From Phoronis australis (taxonomy: Eukaryota; Animalia; Phoronida): a stretch of DNA of 64,000 bases. Numbering within the stretch: the first letter of the stretch is position 1; the number at the start of each line of letters is the position of its first letter. A program made the translations under genes and the position numbers. A model generated the notes under the pieces. The model had not been told where the DNA came from, ran no database searches, and saw only the letters and a list, made by a program, of their open reading frames with translations. Shown here one piece after another: positions 30,501 through 45,500 of this stretch. The stretch is from NCBI GenBank assembly GCA_002633005.1, contig NMRA01000284.1, positions 392,978 through 456,977 on the forward strand, given 5' to 3'.

Positions 30501-33500
30501 CATATATTTCTGTAGAAGAAGATCATTGTACTCAGCGTTCACTCAGGCTCCAATTGCATTGCACGATAACAAGAATGTTTTTGAAATCATAGAATAAAAA
30601 GATAATCTACGCTGGTACTACTTTGTGTCATATGACATCCCCGAAACTGGGAGTGACCAGTAGCATCCTACCTTAACCTGCAGCACACCTGCTGTTTTCA
30701 CCTGGCTAAAGGGAACCTGCTACCTTTACCTGTGGTCATGTCACACCTGACTGGCGGTAAATGGGAGAGGAGCACTGTGTATCCATTTACAACTGTGTTG
30801 ACATGGTACACTGTCAACGACCAATTGTAATGACAAGCTATTGGTTTACAAGAGGCTTGTCATCCGCTGATTGACTGAGATATCAAACAAAGATCAAAAT
30901 AGAAAATATGACCTAGAGTGATTCAAGAACATCAGAAGGATACATCATTAACGAGCAATTAAGATATGGAAAATTCTTTCTACATTCACTGTGTATGACG
31001 TAGTTAGTCATTCCACTCGCGTGCTATCACCATCGCAATTATCATCAACTTGCAATCTCCAATTAGTTCTTTCTTCGTGAGTTTTTCCTTACCAATTTGC
31101 TAGCTTTTTATTTTATCATGTCGACTTGGATTTCATTGTTACACTAAAATGGCATGGATTTAGGACATAATGTGGCGCATAATTGAAACTTGAAACTGCA
31201 AGTCGTCAGGTTCAGCTGGCTAAAAACCACAATCGAATTAGGCTTCGCATAAAATCCGCCTTGAAATATTTGTTGCTGTGATAGAATTCTATTTCAGTAA
31301 CCAACAAGAATATAAAAGTCATCATAAATTCAAGAAACCTTTGAGAGTTTATTGAGGTTGGTCATCACTAAAACAGCGAATTGGAAAATAGCCCAGGTAT
31401 GCATGGCCTATAACTTGAGTTGCTGGCTTATTCAGTAACAATTCAAGATAAAAACCAGCAATGAATCCATGAATCATGCATACGGTAACACTTTACACTT
31501 ACCATTTTCAAGTCAGGGAGTGCAGCTACTACCATCAGATACTTTGAGGAAGTGGATATCTACCATAATGCCAAAGTTACATCTGGCCCGTTGCATGAAA
31601 CAGTTCCAAACTATGAACTCAACTGCATTCCTTAACTTTTCATTGCCTTTGTAAACTTGTGAAACAACTGATTGGCCTTTCCTATGCCGTTTTATTTCCA
31701 TTACTAAGCCAATTTTTGGTTTTCATACGCACCGATACTAAACATGATGTTCAATTCTCAATATTCTTGAAATAAACAGGGACCACTTCATGCAACGGCC
31801 CTAATTTAAGGCTCAGTTATTACTTATATTATTAGAAAATGTCTTTGGACAAAGAGGAACTCATAACATAACTTTTGGGAGTAAACATACGGTAGATACT
31901 AAGATGCTGAACATTTAGGGAGCATAGTTTAGTCCCTACTTGGAACTGTTTCATGCCATCCGGCAATGGAGGCTAGTAGAGGCAAATCTGTGCCAAATAT
32001 CTACAGATAACTTAACTCTGTAAAAGTATACGTTTCCTAGAAGTAGATAGCCTGGAAAGTTTGATTTTTTACATTATACTAATTTGCTACTAATTGGGTC
32101 GTGCAGCCATGTTTTGTAATGGAGTGAGACAACAAGAAAGGTACATTCATATCAATACAACAGCATGACATAAGTAACGTGATCAAATTTCTGGTGATAT
32201 AAATGTTCAAGGTGAAATCTCTAAAGTTGTGTAGCACTTTTTCAAACTATCGTTTCACTTTTGTTCAATGCAACTTTTTATTTGATTTTTAATGATAAGA
32301 ACAAATCTTTATATTTTTTGGAGAAGAATGCACAGTCAGCACGTTATCTGAAAGTTTGACTTGAATCTGATCCGCCATTTGTGGGATACGATCGCATCAG
32401 AATTGACCAATCAGAAAATTAACTGCACCAGTAGAGTTATTACCCAACTTCCTTGAAATGATATCTTCGTGCGCATAACTTTATCTATCAACATCAAAGC
32501 CCATTCGTAATATCACAAAATAACAAAACTAAAAGAAGTGTCGGCGTGACATTTTCAGTGCTTGATCAAGCGGGAAGACTGAATTCAATAATCCAGATTT
32601 TATAACAAACGATGCCTTCAGGGCGGTTCTCTGTAGGATACAACCTTCCACTCCAACCAATTCGATGAAAAGCCAACACAAAACGATGACCTACATCAAC
32701 ACAGTAGAGAATCTGTAAGTACGTGGTACGGCTGGTAGTGCAAGTATTTCCCTCAGCATTTCCTCCCTAGCGAGGGTGGTTTCTCTATATCCTGGTGGAA
32801 ATATTTTCTCAGTAACTTGGGTGTATTTGCCGCGTGGTACGAGTTGACTCTCCACAGAATTGTGTTGTTCTCTGACAGAGATACAGTGAAATCTCGTCGA
32901 TTTCGAACGCACAATGGGGGGATCACTGCACTTTTATTTTATCACTTCTTTACTAAACAACAAGTAGCACCTATTAGTAATGCTTTGTCATTTTCAAGTT
33001 CGTTGCCATAACTACCACCACACAGACAAATAGCAGGCATTCACAACAATTTTACGAGGATTTGAAAAATTAAAATGGACATTTTGGCAATTATTTTTAT
33101 CAGAAATTGGTGCGATTTATGCCGTATCTACCCCTCAATGGCAGAAATTGAGGTCAGGAAAAGTATTAAATTGACACTTAGGATTGTGCTCCTAAAGTAC
33201 TTGCTTTCTTGCACTTGGGCCTCAGTGAAGATAACTTCCCCCTGGTGGAAGTAATCGGAGACTATCAGGAAGCAATGAGGCAGATCACGTTGCTTTTATC
33301 GCCACCTGACTGTACCAGGAGGTACATCTTCGCAGTGGATGGCATAGTGGAACATGTTAGACTTCGTGAAAAGGTCCTTTTACAGTGTATGTGATTAAAT
33401 GTGATTTGTTTTAAAGGCAAACAAAATTGATCCCTAATGAAGAAACACTCTACATGTAAATAGAGATGTGAGAGCACAAAAACATCATTCACTTGACCCA

Positions 33501-36500
33501 ATTTATATTTCTGGGGAGCACGGTGAGGGTAATTTGGTCACACGATGGTCTCAAAGTCTTTATAAAAATGCTGGGAAACGTTTTCCAAAGAAGAATGCGG
33601 AACTGAACTTAGTCCACCGACTACACCACCGCCATCTAGAGACACGTATTTCATCATGTCGCCGCTACATTCCCTGTTGAAGCACTTGTTACCAAGGGCA
33701 ACTCAGAATAACATCTGGCCTTACCTGTAAGAAATAAACGTGTTTCGTCTACCTAGAACTGCAGCGTTCCGGCAACACACGACATTAGCCTGACACCGAT
33801 ATCCTCACAAATCTACACGCAAACACGCTCGATAACTTCAGGAACTCAAACCAAAAACCACAGCACTTGATTCTACACACGCCATAATGACCATTATCGC
33901 AACATCGACTATTTTTAGATCCAACAGAACTACAAGCAAAAACCATTATATCGTCAATGAAGACATCGCAACCCCAGGAATATCTGTATACTATGTTAAC
34001 TCCGTCTAATTAAAATAATTCAAAACATGATAAAGGGTGTTTTTCTGTAGGCTAAAGTTAATTCAAGGATATCACCTTTAAACATAACATAAAGCATATA
34101 CTAGTACCACACAGTTTGATTCAATAGTGTTATACCTTGTTGTTGAGAACAAGCTGATCATTCAATAATGATACAGTAACAGTGTAATGAACAACAGGTG
34201 AATAGTTCACAAGAACGTGCTAAAATGTGTGAAATCAACTGAATTCACACTTCAAAGAGATCGCAATTGTAATGAAGAACAAAAGAAAAATTAACAATGA
34301 TGGGTAAAATGTCAGAATTCAAAAGAGTTTAAATCGATATGAGGTTGTGATTATATCAAAATTGAGTTTCATCCACATAAACAAGTAGTTTTATCAAATT
34401 ACCACCACAATTTCAAAATGGGATTCAGTTGCTGGTAACATTAATAAAGCCTGGTTTCATTGGACTCGGAACTGTGCTCTCATACAAAAGTTATTGCTAT
34501 TTTTCAAAAGTCCGGGGTGCACAAAATAAGACACCTGTCACTGACATGCAGAAGGCAAAATGTAATAGAATATATATATTTTACAGTAACTGAATTTTTT
34601 CAAGAGTAACGTAAGTCCTGTTTTCAGCAGAGGCAATAGTGACGTAACAAATAGTACTCTAGAAAAAAGAAACAAGCTTAGAATAAACTCTTCAGCAAAA
34701 AAATCACTTGGATAACATAAATAGCACTCAAGCCAGTGTGAAAAAAACAAGGTGTTTGTCAACAGAATGGTGCAGGCTTCCCTACCTCGGATCAAAGTTA
34801 GAGTCCAACCGTACCTACACTATAAACAAAAGAACTGCGGGCCGGAAGGAAACGGAACATCGCAATATAAAGAGGAAACTAAAATCATCGGCAGAAGTCT
34901 TTATCAACAACAACCTATGTCGCATTTTAACAACTTGCATAGTGTACGGTAATTGATTTATTCAAACGGGAACACAAAATGGTGGAACAGTACAATTTTA
35001 AATTATCAAAATTTTTAACAAGAGTAAACAAAAAGATGAATTTACTTGACTATTTGAAAATTGACTATTTCAAAACTTTATGCAGTACCACTGCCATCAG
35101 CAACACACAATGGCATTTTGAACATGTTTGGCAATACATTGAGCATTTCAAAACTGAAATAAAAATTACCATTTTGGCCGTTATTTTCGTTGGAATTTCC
35201 GGAACATTTACCATACGCACCTTTAACACAATGATCCCTAGTGACAACTTCACTGAACTACAATGCATCAAGCATGTTTCACAGTTTACGTATGACGTGT
35301 TTCTGAACAAAATTTAACCTGAATAACGTGTTTCTAAACAAAATATTACATGCCCCGGACACAGAAGACAGTCAGTTCTATTGAAAGATTAAAATTTACA
35401 ACAACACGCTATTATGGAGTGTCCATTAGATACTAAGCACCCCCTTCTAACCTGCTATTAGCTCCATGAAATATATCATACAAGATGTCCTTTCTTCTTA
35501 CATCACCATCTACCATCCCCACAATTACAACCTCTAGTTGACCAAGATGCACCCTGCTATTACATTACAAAATCTGGCAGGTTAAAATTAAACACCTTTA
35601 TTTATTTAACAAAATCTACACCTGTAAGGCATTATGTGGCGGGTGAAAAAAAACGAACCACGAACAATGATTGTACAAACGAGCCGGTCCCTATTTAGGT
35701 CGAGCTTTCGTTCGAGGCGAGCTTGTTGTTTTTTGAAATTTATCTTTTCACGCTTGGACAATGACATTGTTTGCAAACGAAATCATACCACAAACAGGCA
35801 GAACAAAACTGATGGATATTAAATTTCACATATTGAACTGATACTCCAGTCACAGTAATGAACCCAGGGCCCTGGTGGATAACACAAAATCCTATCAACC
35901 CATGTAAACACCTGGTTGCAGAGTGACACTGCTGCATAATGCCAACCCATGAATAGCCAAGCATGTTATCTCCAAATTCCATCTTCAACTCCCTACAACT
36001 AAATGACCTTGAGAAAAATGGCACAATGGGGCATGCCATACCAGCAATGTAGCATTTCGCGCTGCAGTGAACACGTCCATAAGGACTGGGTGAAAAGGGT
36101 GAAAGACAACAATAGTGTCTTGCAGTAGCAGGTTGTTCCAGACTGATGGTAATAATTGTCTTGTTTGGTCTTGTTGATAAAACATGTAAAAACAAGTCTG
36201 AAATTCAATATCTCACACACCTAAATGTGACCAGCAACAATTGCACAGAACACAAATAGCTATAAGGCTATTCCTACCCATTGAACATTCATTCAGAACT
36301 TCAGTAAATGCTGATCTGATAGTGTTGGCAGTTATGTTGTTCATCCCCTGGTTTCCATGTAACCCTTCACTTTGGAAGCACAAAGTATGGCATACGCGTG
36401 CAATTTTATTTTGGCCAAATTTGCTGATAAAAATGAAGATTAAAAAATTACTTCGCGTTATAGTACATCATATGGCGAAGTTTACAATATTTGCACATTA

Positions 36501-39500
36501 TCACATCATTTAGTCACAGCATGCAATGCCTCCCAATGTTTCATGACAGGATGTTTTACAAGCGTTTGACTCGCAAAATTTGAACGGCAAAGAGTTCGAG
36601 GTATTTTATTAAGTATTTTCTCCTTTTACAAGTGTTCAGACTTAACTACTTGAATTAACACGTGTCCGTTTGAGACAGTGCTGAATCAATTTTCACGTAA
36701 GCGACAAGCCAAGTGGCAAATTCTTTGAACTTCGGTCCTGTCCACTTCATGTTCAAAAATCAAGGCATGCATTTTTCCAAGAAACGTTGACGTCTTCATT
36801 TTCAACATCAAAGTCCGTCAGCTAAGGGCCTTTAAACGAAAACCATACCGGGCACACTTTTGAAGCAAACGGAATAAAAAAATTTGTAAAAAATCTAGCC
36901 ACACGATTTCGAACATTTAGGCATTGGGCACAAGAGATTCTATGATCATCAAGGATTTCAAAATTCTGTGGATTTATGAGTTTTTCATTAAAACCGCACG
37001 TAAAAAGTTATTAAGAAATTTGATCTAATAGTAACAACAGAAGTCAATAACTTTAAAGGTTATAATGCTTGGTGTGAACAGTTTAAAACCACTATGACAG
37101 AAGCACAGTTAAAACCCTCGTGAGGGTGGTTTAACAAGCAGTTAAAAAAGTTAACCTGTTACCTATAAGAAACAAATTCATTGGAACTAACCTTTAGGAA
37201 TCTGGGGTCCTGCTCATACCAAATGGGTTATAACTATTAAAACTGGTTTAACAGTTAAAACTCGTGGTCTGAAGTCTGAACAGTTTAAAACCAGTTGTTA
37301 TAGTTGCAACTGAAGTCCAGTTATCCTCTGCGACGGTGACTTAGGGAGCAGATGAATAAATTATAACACTTTGTCTCAGAATCTATCATACTCCCAACTT
37401 TGACTACAGGTTTAACTATAATAATTAAGTAAAACTGTCCTTCATGGTTTCAGCACATATTTTTATTAATCAATGGTATACCCCAACCAATTCCTCCTTT
37501 TCAATAACACCCTCAGTATCAGTGCCGCTCCTCACAGAAATCTTTCCAAAGACAGTGTGGGAATTATCAAGTACAAATTCTGTAACAAAAAGCGAATCAC
37601 CAACAGGTCCTGAAAACCTGGTTAGAGTTCAGTAACCCTAGGTCCTCACTAAAAAGCAAGACTTTGCGAGATTACGCGAGATATTATCGGGTATTTTACA
37701 TGAGAACACGTGATTTTGGCAAAATTTTTCATGCCCCGAGACAGCTCCTTAGGTAACTCTACCCTGTAGTATGTATGGGCTACATAAAGGCAGCAGCCTA
37801 TTGCAACAGTGACAAAGCAGACCACGAAAATCCAAATGACAGTCTTTGATTCTGCCACTCAACCAACATTAATGTCTCAACAACCTTACCTTGGTATCAA
37901 AAAGTAACAGTTTCTGCGACAAATCCTATTAATTACTCCTCTAGGTAGCCTGTGCTATGGTTCCAGCCATCCTACAAGCCACTCTGTTGGGACTTACATA
38001 TGTACACCACAGTATGCCAGCAAACTGCCATTCAGAATTACTCAAGCCATGCATGAATGAAATACAATAGCCACGGGCGTGAATCCATACACCAATAAAA
38101 ATCTAACACCTTATTTGACTACAGCTCAGTTGATTTTACAATTTTCCTTCTCTGCTTCAGTGACAAATTAAATGATTTCTTGACAAAACAACACAAACTT
38201 ACACCAGATAAAAACAAGTAGTTATGGTCAACTTTCTGAAGTTTTCATTTTAGCGCCTCAAATTTTAAGCAATTGTAATTCAAATCCGTCCACTTGAATA
38301 ATTTCCCATTTATAACGATTTTAATAGACCCACAATGCCTATTAATGCAGTCATTATGTCAGAAAACAGGTCATAACAATCAAACAGAAATTTGCATTGA
38401 AGCGAAATGCGGCATAACTAAAGCCATAGTTTGAATAAAACTGGAATATTTTGGTAACAACACCATTGTGTTCACACAAAAACTGCTGAACAATCTATTG
38501 ACAGGTATCGGAAACAGTTCTCAAGTTACAAGATCTAAAATTTCGCCTACCAACATGTATTGTAAAGCCATGTCCCGTGGCTAGTTTACTCCCTCCGGCC
38601 CAATTTGCCCTAGGAAGCAAATAATGGCCGTTTTTAAATTAACCAAGAGTGTGACAACAGTGCTACTCCTACAAATGCATGCATGTTGTCATGTGGGACT
38701 CATAGTACACAGATGTCACAATGCTCATGGTCTACTTTCTTTTCTCAATCTATGCATGCATCAGAGAACAGCCTTTACTCATTAGCGCCACCTAGTGAAT
38801 ATAAAGTCTGTCATCATGTGCATTCAGACAAGCAGGACAAAAAATAAACCATCTTTGTAGTGATAGTGTGAGTAGTTTACACTTAACATTTTCAAGTAGT
38901 GCAATGTAAAAGTGCTACTGCAGTTTGCAAGCTACTTACTGTTTGTGAGCCTGGTACAAGTAAACAATAAGATGATAATAATCAATCAAGCTAATAACAA
39001 ACAAAAATAAAAATAAAAATATTTAGCATGTATAGAAGATTTATTACATGTATTAAGGCCTTTTCCTATCAAGTGAAATTCAGTGCTAGCCAAGTACGAA
39101 CAGCGAAGTTAACTTGTACTTTCCCATTCGGTAATTAACAGATATAAGAATTATCAATAGGTGATGCAATAGTCATCTAAGTTATCACAAGGTGGCGTAA
39201 TATGACGTTCCCCATTCTCACAACATTGACCCTTCCCGGTAACTTCAGTGGACATCAAAGTTGTCTGTTAACTTCAGCTGTTTACTGCGAAGTAAACTTG
39301 AGCTGTTGAATTCGATCCAACATGGAATTTAAGCGTTCCCACTGACCGATGCACCTCCTAACACCGAAGCGTCAACGTTACTGGGAAAGGCCTTTTAGGG
39401 TTAGTTAAAACCTCGTACTCTCATACACATATATATATATGTAGTTATAGTATCAGGGTTTCCAATGATCACTTACAAAAAGAGGAAAAATTTCCAGGTG

Positions 39501-42500
39501 ATTATCATTCCACAAATATGCTTGTGTGATAGAAATATTTTGTTGTAAAATTTAACTGAAATAAACGCTTTTGCATAAATAAAGTCAAAGTAATGATAAA
39601 AAAGAGACGAAAACAGAAGAAACTGGAAATCAAAAAAGAGGAAATCCTCATAAACGAAGAAAACTCCAAACCCTGCAGTATAAAGAACATAATTACAAAA
39701 TGAACTTTGCAACAGGAAAACCTACCTCAAGGGTCTAATAATGCTGTCTAGTGGGATTTGAATCCGGGATACTTAGACTGGAGTCAAAAACTCCACAACT
39801 AGATCACAATGACTCCACAAACTAGGTTATAATGGTATAACCTCACAAATTTAGGACAAAATATGGCGTATAATGGTATAACCTCACAAATTTAGGACAA
39901 AATATGGCGGACAATTTATCGTAAATGATAAACACTATCAAAAAGTTACTTTACCATATTTAAGTTTTGTACCACAGCTACAAACACACAATATTTTGAA
40001 AAATGTGATCATTCAAAGCGTTTGAAGCCCTTCCATAATGGAGAAAGCACTATTTCAACAATTTTTGTCCGAAATCGTTAAATTTCATAGAAATTGTGAT
40101 TATGACACAGTTGGAAATAAAAATCTCAACAGATGAGTTTACACCATCAGTGGTTAGCATTCCTACGTGTTTCAGAGCCTCAGAAATTTTGCAGGAAAGT
40201 CATCATGCCCCAATATGATGAGAGTACTGGTAAGTACTATAACCCCTTTGATCCACAGCCTTTGAAAATACCCTTGTCATCTGTGGAACTGATAACATCT
40301 AAGTAACAAAATAGGTTCCAATAGGTGCTCAGCCACTAGTTAAGAGCAGTCTGGCTTGGTAATACAAAGGACAAAACAAACATCAGTTCATGAATGAATG
40401 ATCCTGGGAAAACCAGGTGGAACTCAGAAGCCCGACAAATTTGTGTCCCGATGTAAATTATTACTTGGTTTTACAAGTAGAAACTTTGCCTAAACTAAAG
40501 CTAGAGTTATTTCAGGGAATTTTCACATGGGAATGTTAACAGAGGATGAAAAACTGTGTTATCAAAAATGGGAGACCAAGATTATCTCTAACACCCTATC
40601 AACATTATCCAGAGAACTATTTTGAGTGATCTGCTATCCAAGGCCAGGCCCTATAACAGACGACCATTATCAGCTAACCCAGTTATTGTCCACTGCTAAA
40701 GTTATGAAATCATGTGACATTTTGGATAATTTATGCTTTTAACTTTAATTACCGTTTTTTAATGGGAAGGGAAAGACACAACGTCTGCTTGCCCAAGCTC
40801 ATAATTCAGAGTTATTAAAAGTAAATTAACGACNNNNNNNNNNNNNNNNNNNNNNNNNNNNNNNNNNNNNNNNNNNNNNNNNNNNNNNNNNNNNNNNNNN
40901 NNNNNNNNNNNNNNNNNNNNCAAATTTAGGACAAAATATGGCGTATAATGGTATAACCTCGCAAATTTAGGACAAAATATGGCGTATAATGGTATAACCT
41001 CACAAATTTAGGACAAAATATGGCGTATAATGGTATAACCTCACAAATTTATGACAAAGTATGGCGGACAATTTATCGTAAATGATACACACTATCAAAA
41101 AGTTACTTTACCATATTCAAGTTTTGTACCACAGCTACAAACACACAATATTTTGAAAAATGTGATCATTCAAAACAACGTTTGAAGCCCTTCAGTAATG
41201 GAGAAAGCACTATTTCAACAATTTTTGTCTGAAATCGTTAAATTTCAAAGAAATTGTGATTATGACACAGTTGGAAATAAAAATCTCAACAGATGAGTTT
41301 ACACCATCAGTGGTTAGCATTCCTACGTGTTTCAGAGCCTCAGAAATTTTGCAGGAAAGTCGTCATGCCCCAATATGATGAGAGTTCTGGTAAGTACTGC
41401 AACCCCTTTGATCCACAGTTTTTGAAAATACCCTTGCCATCTGTGAGACTGATAACATCTAAGTAACAAAATAGGTTGCAATAGGTGCTGCCACTAGTTG
41501 AGAGTAGTCTGGCTTGATATTACAAAGGACAAAACAAACATCAGTTCATGAATGAATTTTCGGCCAGATTGATCCAGCGGATACCAGGTGGAACTCAGAA
41601 GCCCAGCAAATTTGTGTCCCGATGTAAAGTATTACTTGGTTTTACAGGTAGAAACTTTGCCTAAACTAATGCTAGAGTTATTTCAGGGAATTTTCACATG
41701 GCAATGTTAATAGAGGATGAAAAAGTGTGTTATCAAAAATGGGAGACCAAGATTATCTCTGACACCCTATCAACATTATCCAGAGAACTATTTTGAGTGA
41801 TCTGATATCCAAGGCCAGGCCCTATAACAGACACCATTATCAGCTAACTCAGTTATTGTCCACTGCTGAAGTTATGAAATCATGTGACATTTTGGAAAAT
41901 TTATGCTTTTAACTTTAATTGCCGTTTTTAATGGGAAGGGAAAGACACACAACGTCTGCTTGTACAAGCTCATAATTCAGAGTTAGTAAAAGTAAATTAA
42001 CGACTATAATACAAAATTTATCAAAAAAACTTTGAATCGGTTTAAATCATTCATCAAAAACGACAAACATGCATGGTAAGTTGGCTTCAATACAAGTTCA
42101 ACCGGTGCAACAGCCCCTTATGGTGTGGCGCACATGAAGTGATGAATTAGATGAAGGTAAGAGCAAAAAGCTCTAGTTTAGGACAGACCCTAAAATTTGA
42201 CACATTGGAATGGAAGCAAAAATCATTTTCTTTTTTGATTCTGACATGGGTAATTTTGTCGTTAACGGTTCATCGTCGTTCTCAAATATCGTTCACTGTA
42301 TTTCTAGGGTCCTGCAATAACCTTAAAACTGTTCTAAACAAAACGCGATAACAGAGGTAAAGAGTTGTCCTAAGCTCCTGCAGGAGGAGCTACCATCTCA
42401 CGTGCGTCAAATTTAAGTGCAAAAAGTAAGAGCGATACATACTGTCAGATTTCTTTTGAGACGACTCTTCAAGAAAGGCCAAAACCCAAAAATTAATAGA

Positions 42501-45500
42501 GAAAAGCTAGTTTTACTGAAGTGTTCAGAAAATAATTCAACATTACATCGTGGAAACCCGTTCCCTGAGAAATCAAATAAATTAAATGTTAAATACAATT
42601 TAGCATTTAGCCTAAAGCACATCCTAATACTCATTTTCAGTCCAACAGCTTAGACACCCACACAAAGCAACTGAAATTTTAGAACTCAAACAGCACCGAA
42701 AGTCAATGGCTACACTTTTTGTATGAGATTTTCCTTTGGCCAAAAGAAAACAATATCATAAGGTTAGGCAACACCACCCAGCCCAAAACAACACAAACTG
42801 TTTCACAATGACCTCTGACCCTCTTACAATGGCAGAATTCATTCATTGTGGTACAGTCAAGCGTGTGGTACTTCTATACTTCCCAGGAAAATGTCTGTGA
42901 GATGTGATCTGAGTACAGTACAAGGCTTTTGGCAAACGCATATTACATTCTTGAATGGTAACTTTTGTCTGTCTGTAGAGGCAGCCAAAATACCCAAGCA
43001 AACAAACAAACAACAAATTAATAGGACAGCTGTACAAGCCAATCATATTTGCGTGATCTAATTGATAATATTAATGGTAACTAGAAGAAAATTAATTGAT
43101 GTTGATAACTCTCAGATTAAATATCAAAATATTTGAATCACCATCAATAGACTTTTGAATCATGAGAACACCGCCCAAGAAGTGAGTCACGAGACAACTA
43201 AAAACTACAAGCCCTTACAAACGGCACAGTTACACAACACAGCTCAGATCCGTATTTTGTGAGCACACATGGACTCAATTCCTCGTAATTATAGCAGAGC
43301 AAAAAGGCCAGCAACTGATAATTTTTCACAGACCTGTGCATAGCAAATTGTCATTTTTCACACTTTTATCTTAGTGGTGAGCCTTTAAAACAGGTTCAGA
43401 ACTTAAATTTTAATCTCACAAGCATATCTTTCATTCTTACTTGAAACTTGGGGCAAAACCAACAAGTAAACATTTGTTACAAACGTATAACACTTAAACA
43501 GTTAAAGCATGTAAGATTCTTACTTCAAAACCTGCTTGTAAGCAAAATTACAAAAACCAAAGGCATTTTAGCCCTTAGCTTGCTATGCTAAATACAAAAC
43601 ATTGTTAAAAGCATAAACTTTGGAAAAATTTTTAACAAAAGAGGATACTTTGATGATCTTCGTCTCTTTTGTACTGATGCTGCACCATGAAACATGTTAG
43701 GAATTACCATACCTTCCTGAGCAACAAGAGAAGCACTCTCCGCAGCAGTCACTCAACTCTGGCAATGTATAGTGTTTACAATGTGGTGTTGGTTACGTCA
43801 ATACAATGTACATCATGTATAATTGAAAACAATAACATGGGTAACTAATAAAGTAAACAGAGCAGTTTGCTAGCCAATGAGATCAATACCTGTTGAGGAG
43901 ATGCAGAATAGGGCACCTTCTGTGAACACCCAGACACTGTGTGGAGGGGTACGATATAGCAAAGAAGCAAATGCTAGAATATTCATTTCCCAGAGTCCTG
44001 AATCTTGATGAGTCTATTTACTGGCTTTTGAATCTAGCCAAAAGTCAGAAATTGGACCACAAACAGCCAAAAGCTCATGTTCTTTGTCTTTTGGGTTTCT
44101 TGAAGTATTTTGTCTTCTGTTTTAAGTCATCCAGATTTCTGTCTTTGTGCACTTGCGAGTTGTGTAGAAAGATTTTCTGATCTACAGTCATAGCCTGAAT
44201 TCCATGAAACAGGCTAAGCCATCCGTAAACTCATTTTAGCGGAAAGTAAAAAGGCGAAAAAGCTCTCCAAGAAACAGGCGCCTGATGTTGAAAGGCTTAA
44301 AACATCACAGCAAAGGGTCAAAATTTCATGCAGGGGAGTTTGAAGACAGCCTTACAGTACAAGCCACGCTAAAAATGAAAAACTTACATCTAATTCACTT
44401 TCATTCAGAAATTATACAAAACGTTCACTATACATGTGGGTGTTGTGTTTCAATTCATCAAATTTTTACTATTGGTACAAAAACCAATCTGTTAGCAGTA
44501 TTCTAGCAAACATCAATGTGTGGATGAGGAAGAACACTGTAAGCTACACACTCAATTGGAAAGTTAAATCTTTTGGGTGTGCTTAAAAATAATCACATTC
44601 TTGTCATCATCATGAAGTAAAACCTCATTGAAATGCATTATGAACACCTAGTATTGATGCATGTTCCGTGACCATCTATATTATGCCTCTTATGCACTGG
44701 TTGGCATTGTGCTGAGTATTGCTGAGGCAGGCACCAGGGCATAGAATACACAAACACAGCTAGGTGGAACCTATGCTTAGTACCACACAGGTCCAGATTA
44801 ATGGGCAGAGTGATTTAAAATGGCTACGTAATTAAAAAATCAGGGGGTCGGGTAATCTGAGCAAGAGCGGTTAAAATAAAAGAAGTCGTGGGATGAGCCA
44901 CAAGTGTTTAACCAAATGGCCGATTTACTGACACAAATGCCTTCAACATTTTTTGCACACACAGTTGGTCATGCACGAGTCAAAAGAACCATTTTATGTC
45001 GCTTTACGTATAAATATGGTATTTTACACATTGACATGGCAAGGTGGTGCTGAAAGTGACAAATGACCGAAATGTGTACGTTTTGGGAGATAAATTTCTT
45101 GTGGGACGCGTGTTCATAAAGACACTAATGTGGCACATTTAGGACATCTTTATCGTATAAATTAGGGGAAGGGGGTGTAAGGCGATCGTTAGCAAATTTT
45201 GGGGCAGGAATTAACCTGAACAAGTACATTATTTTTCGAAAATTCATGTAGCTATTATATGGAAGACTCAAAACACATGAATTTCGTGATTTTCAAAACA
45301 GCCCATTAATAAACCAGTAAAAAATGCAAACAAAAATTATTACCCTGCAATACAAAAAAAATGACTACCTGTACTTACAAAAATAATCTCACACCTGTCC
45401 ACCAGTGGAGCTATAAATGACAGACTTCCTATGCTAACCTGATGAGATATTCAAGATCCATTAATCCAATAAGCACTCCAGGTTATCTCACCTGAGACAA

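Noticed and set aside
34979-35317. 112-aa plus-strand ORF
   Set aside because: AT-rich intron-like composition with no motif; expected by chance.
37470-37858. Minus-strand membrane-protein-like ORF (MAESKTVIWIFVV...) followed by a second frame and AATAAA
   Set aside because: GTG start, no recognisable family and no consistent splice structure.
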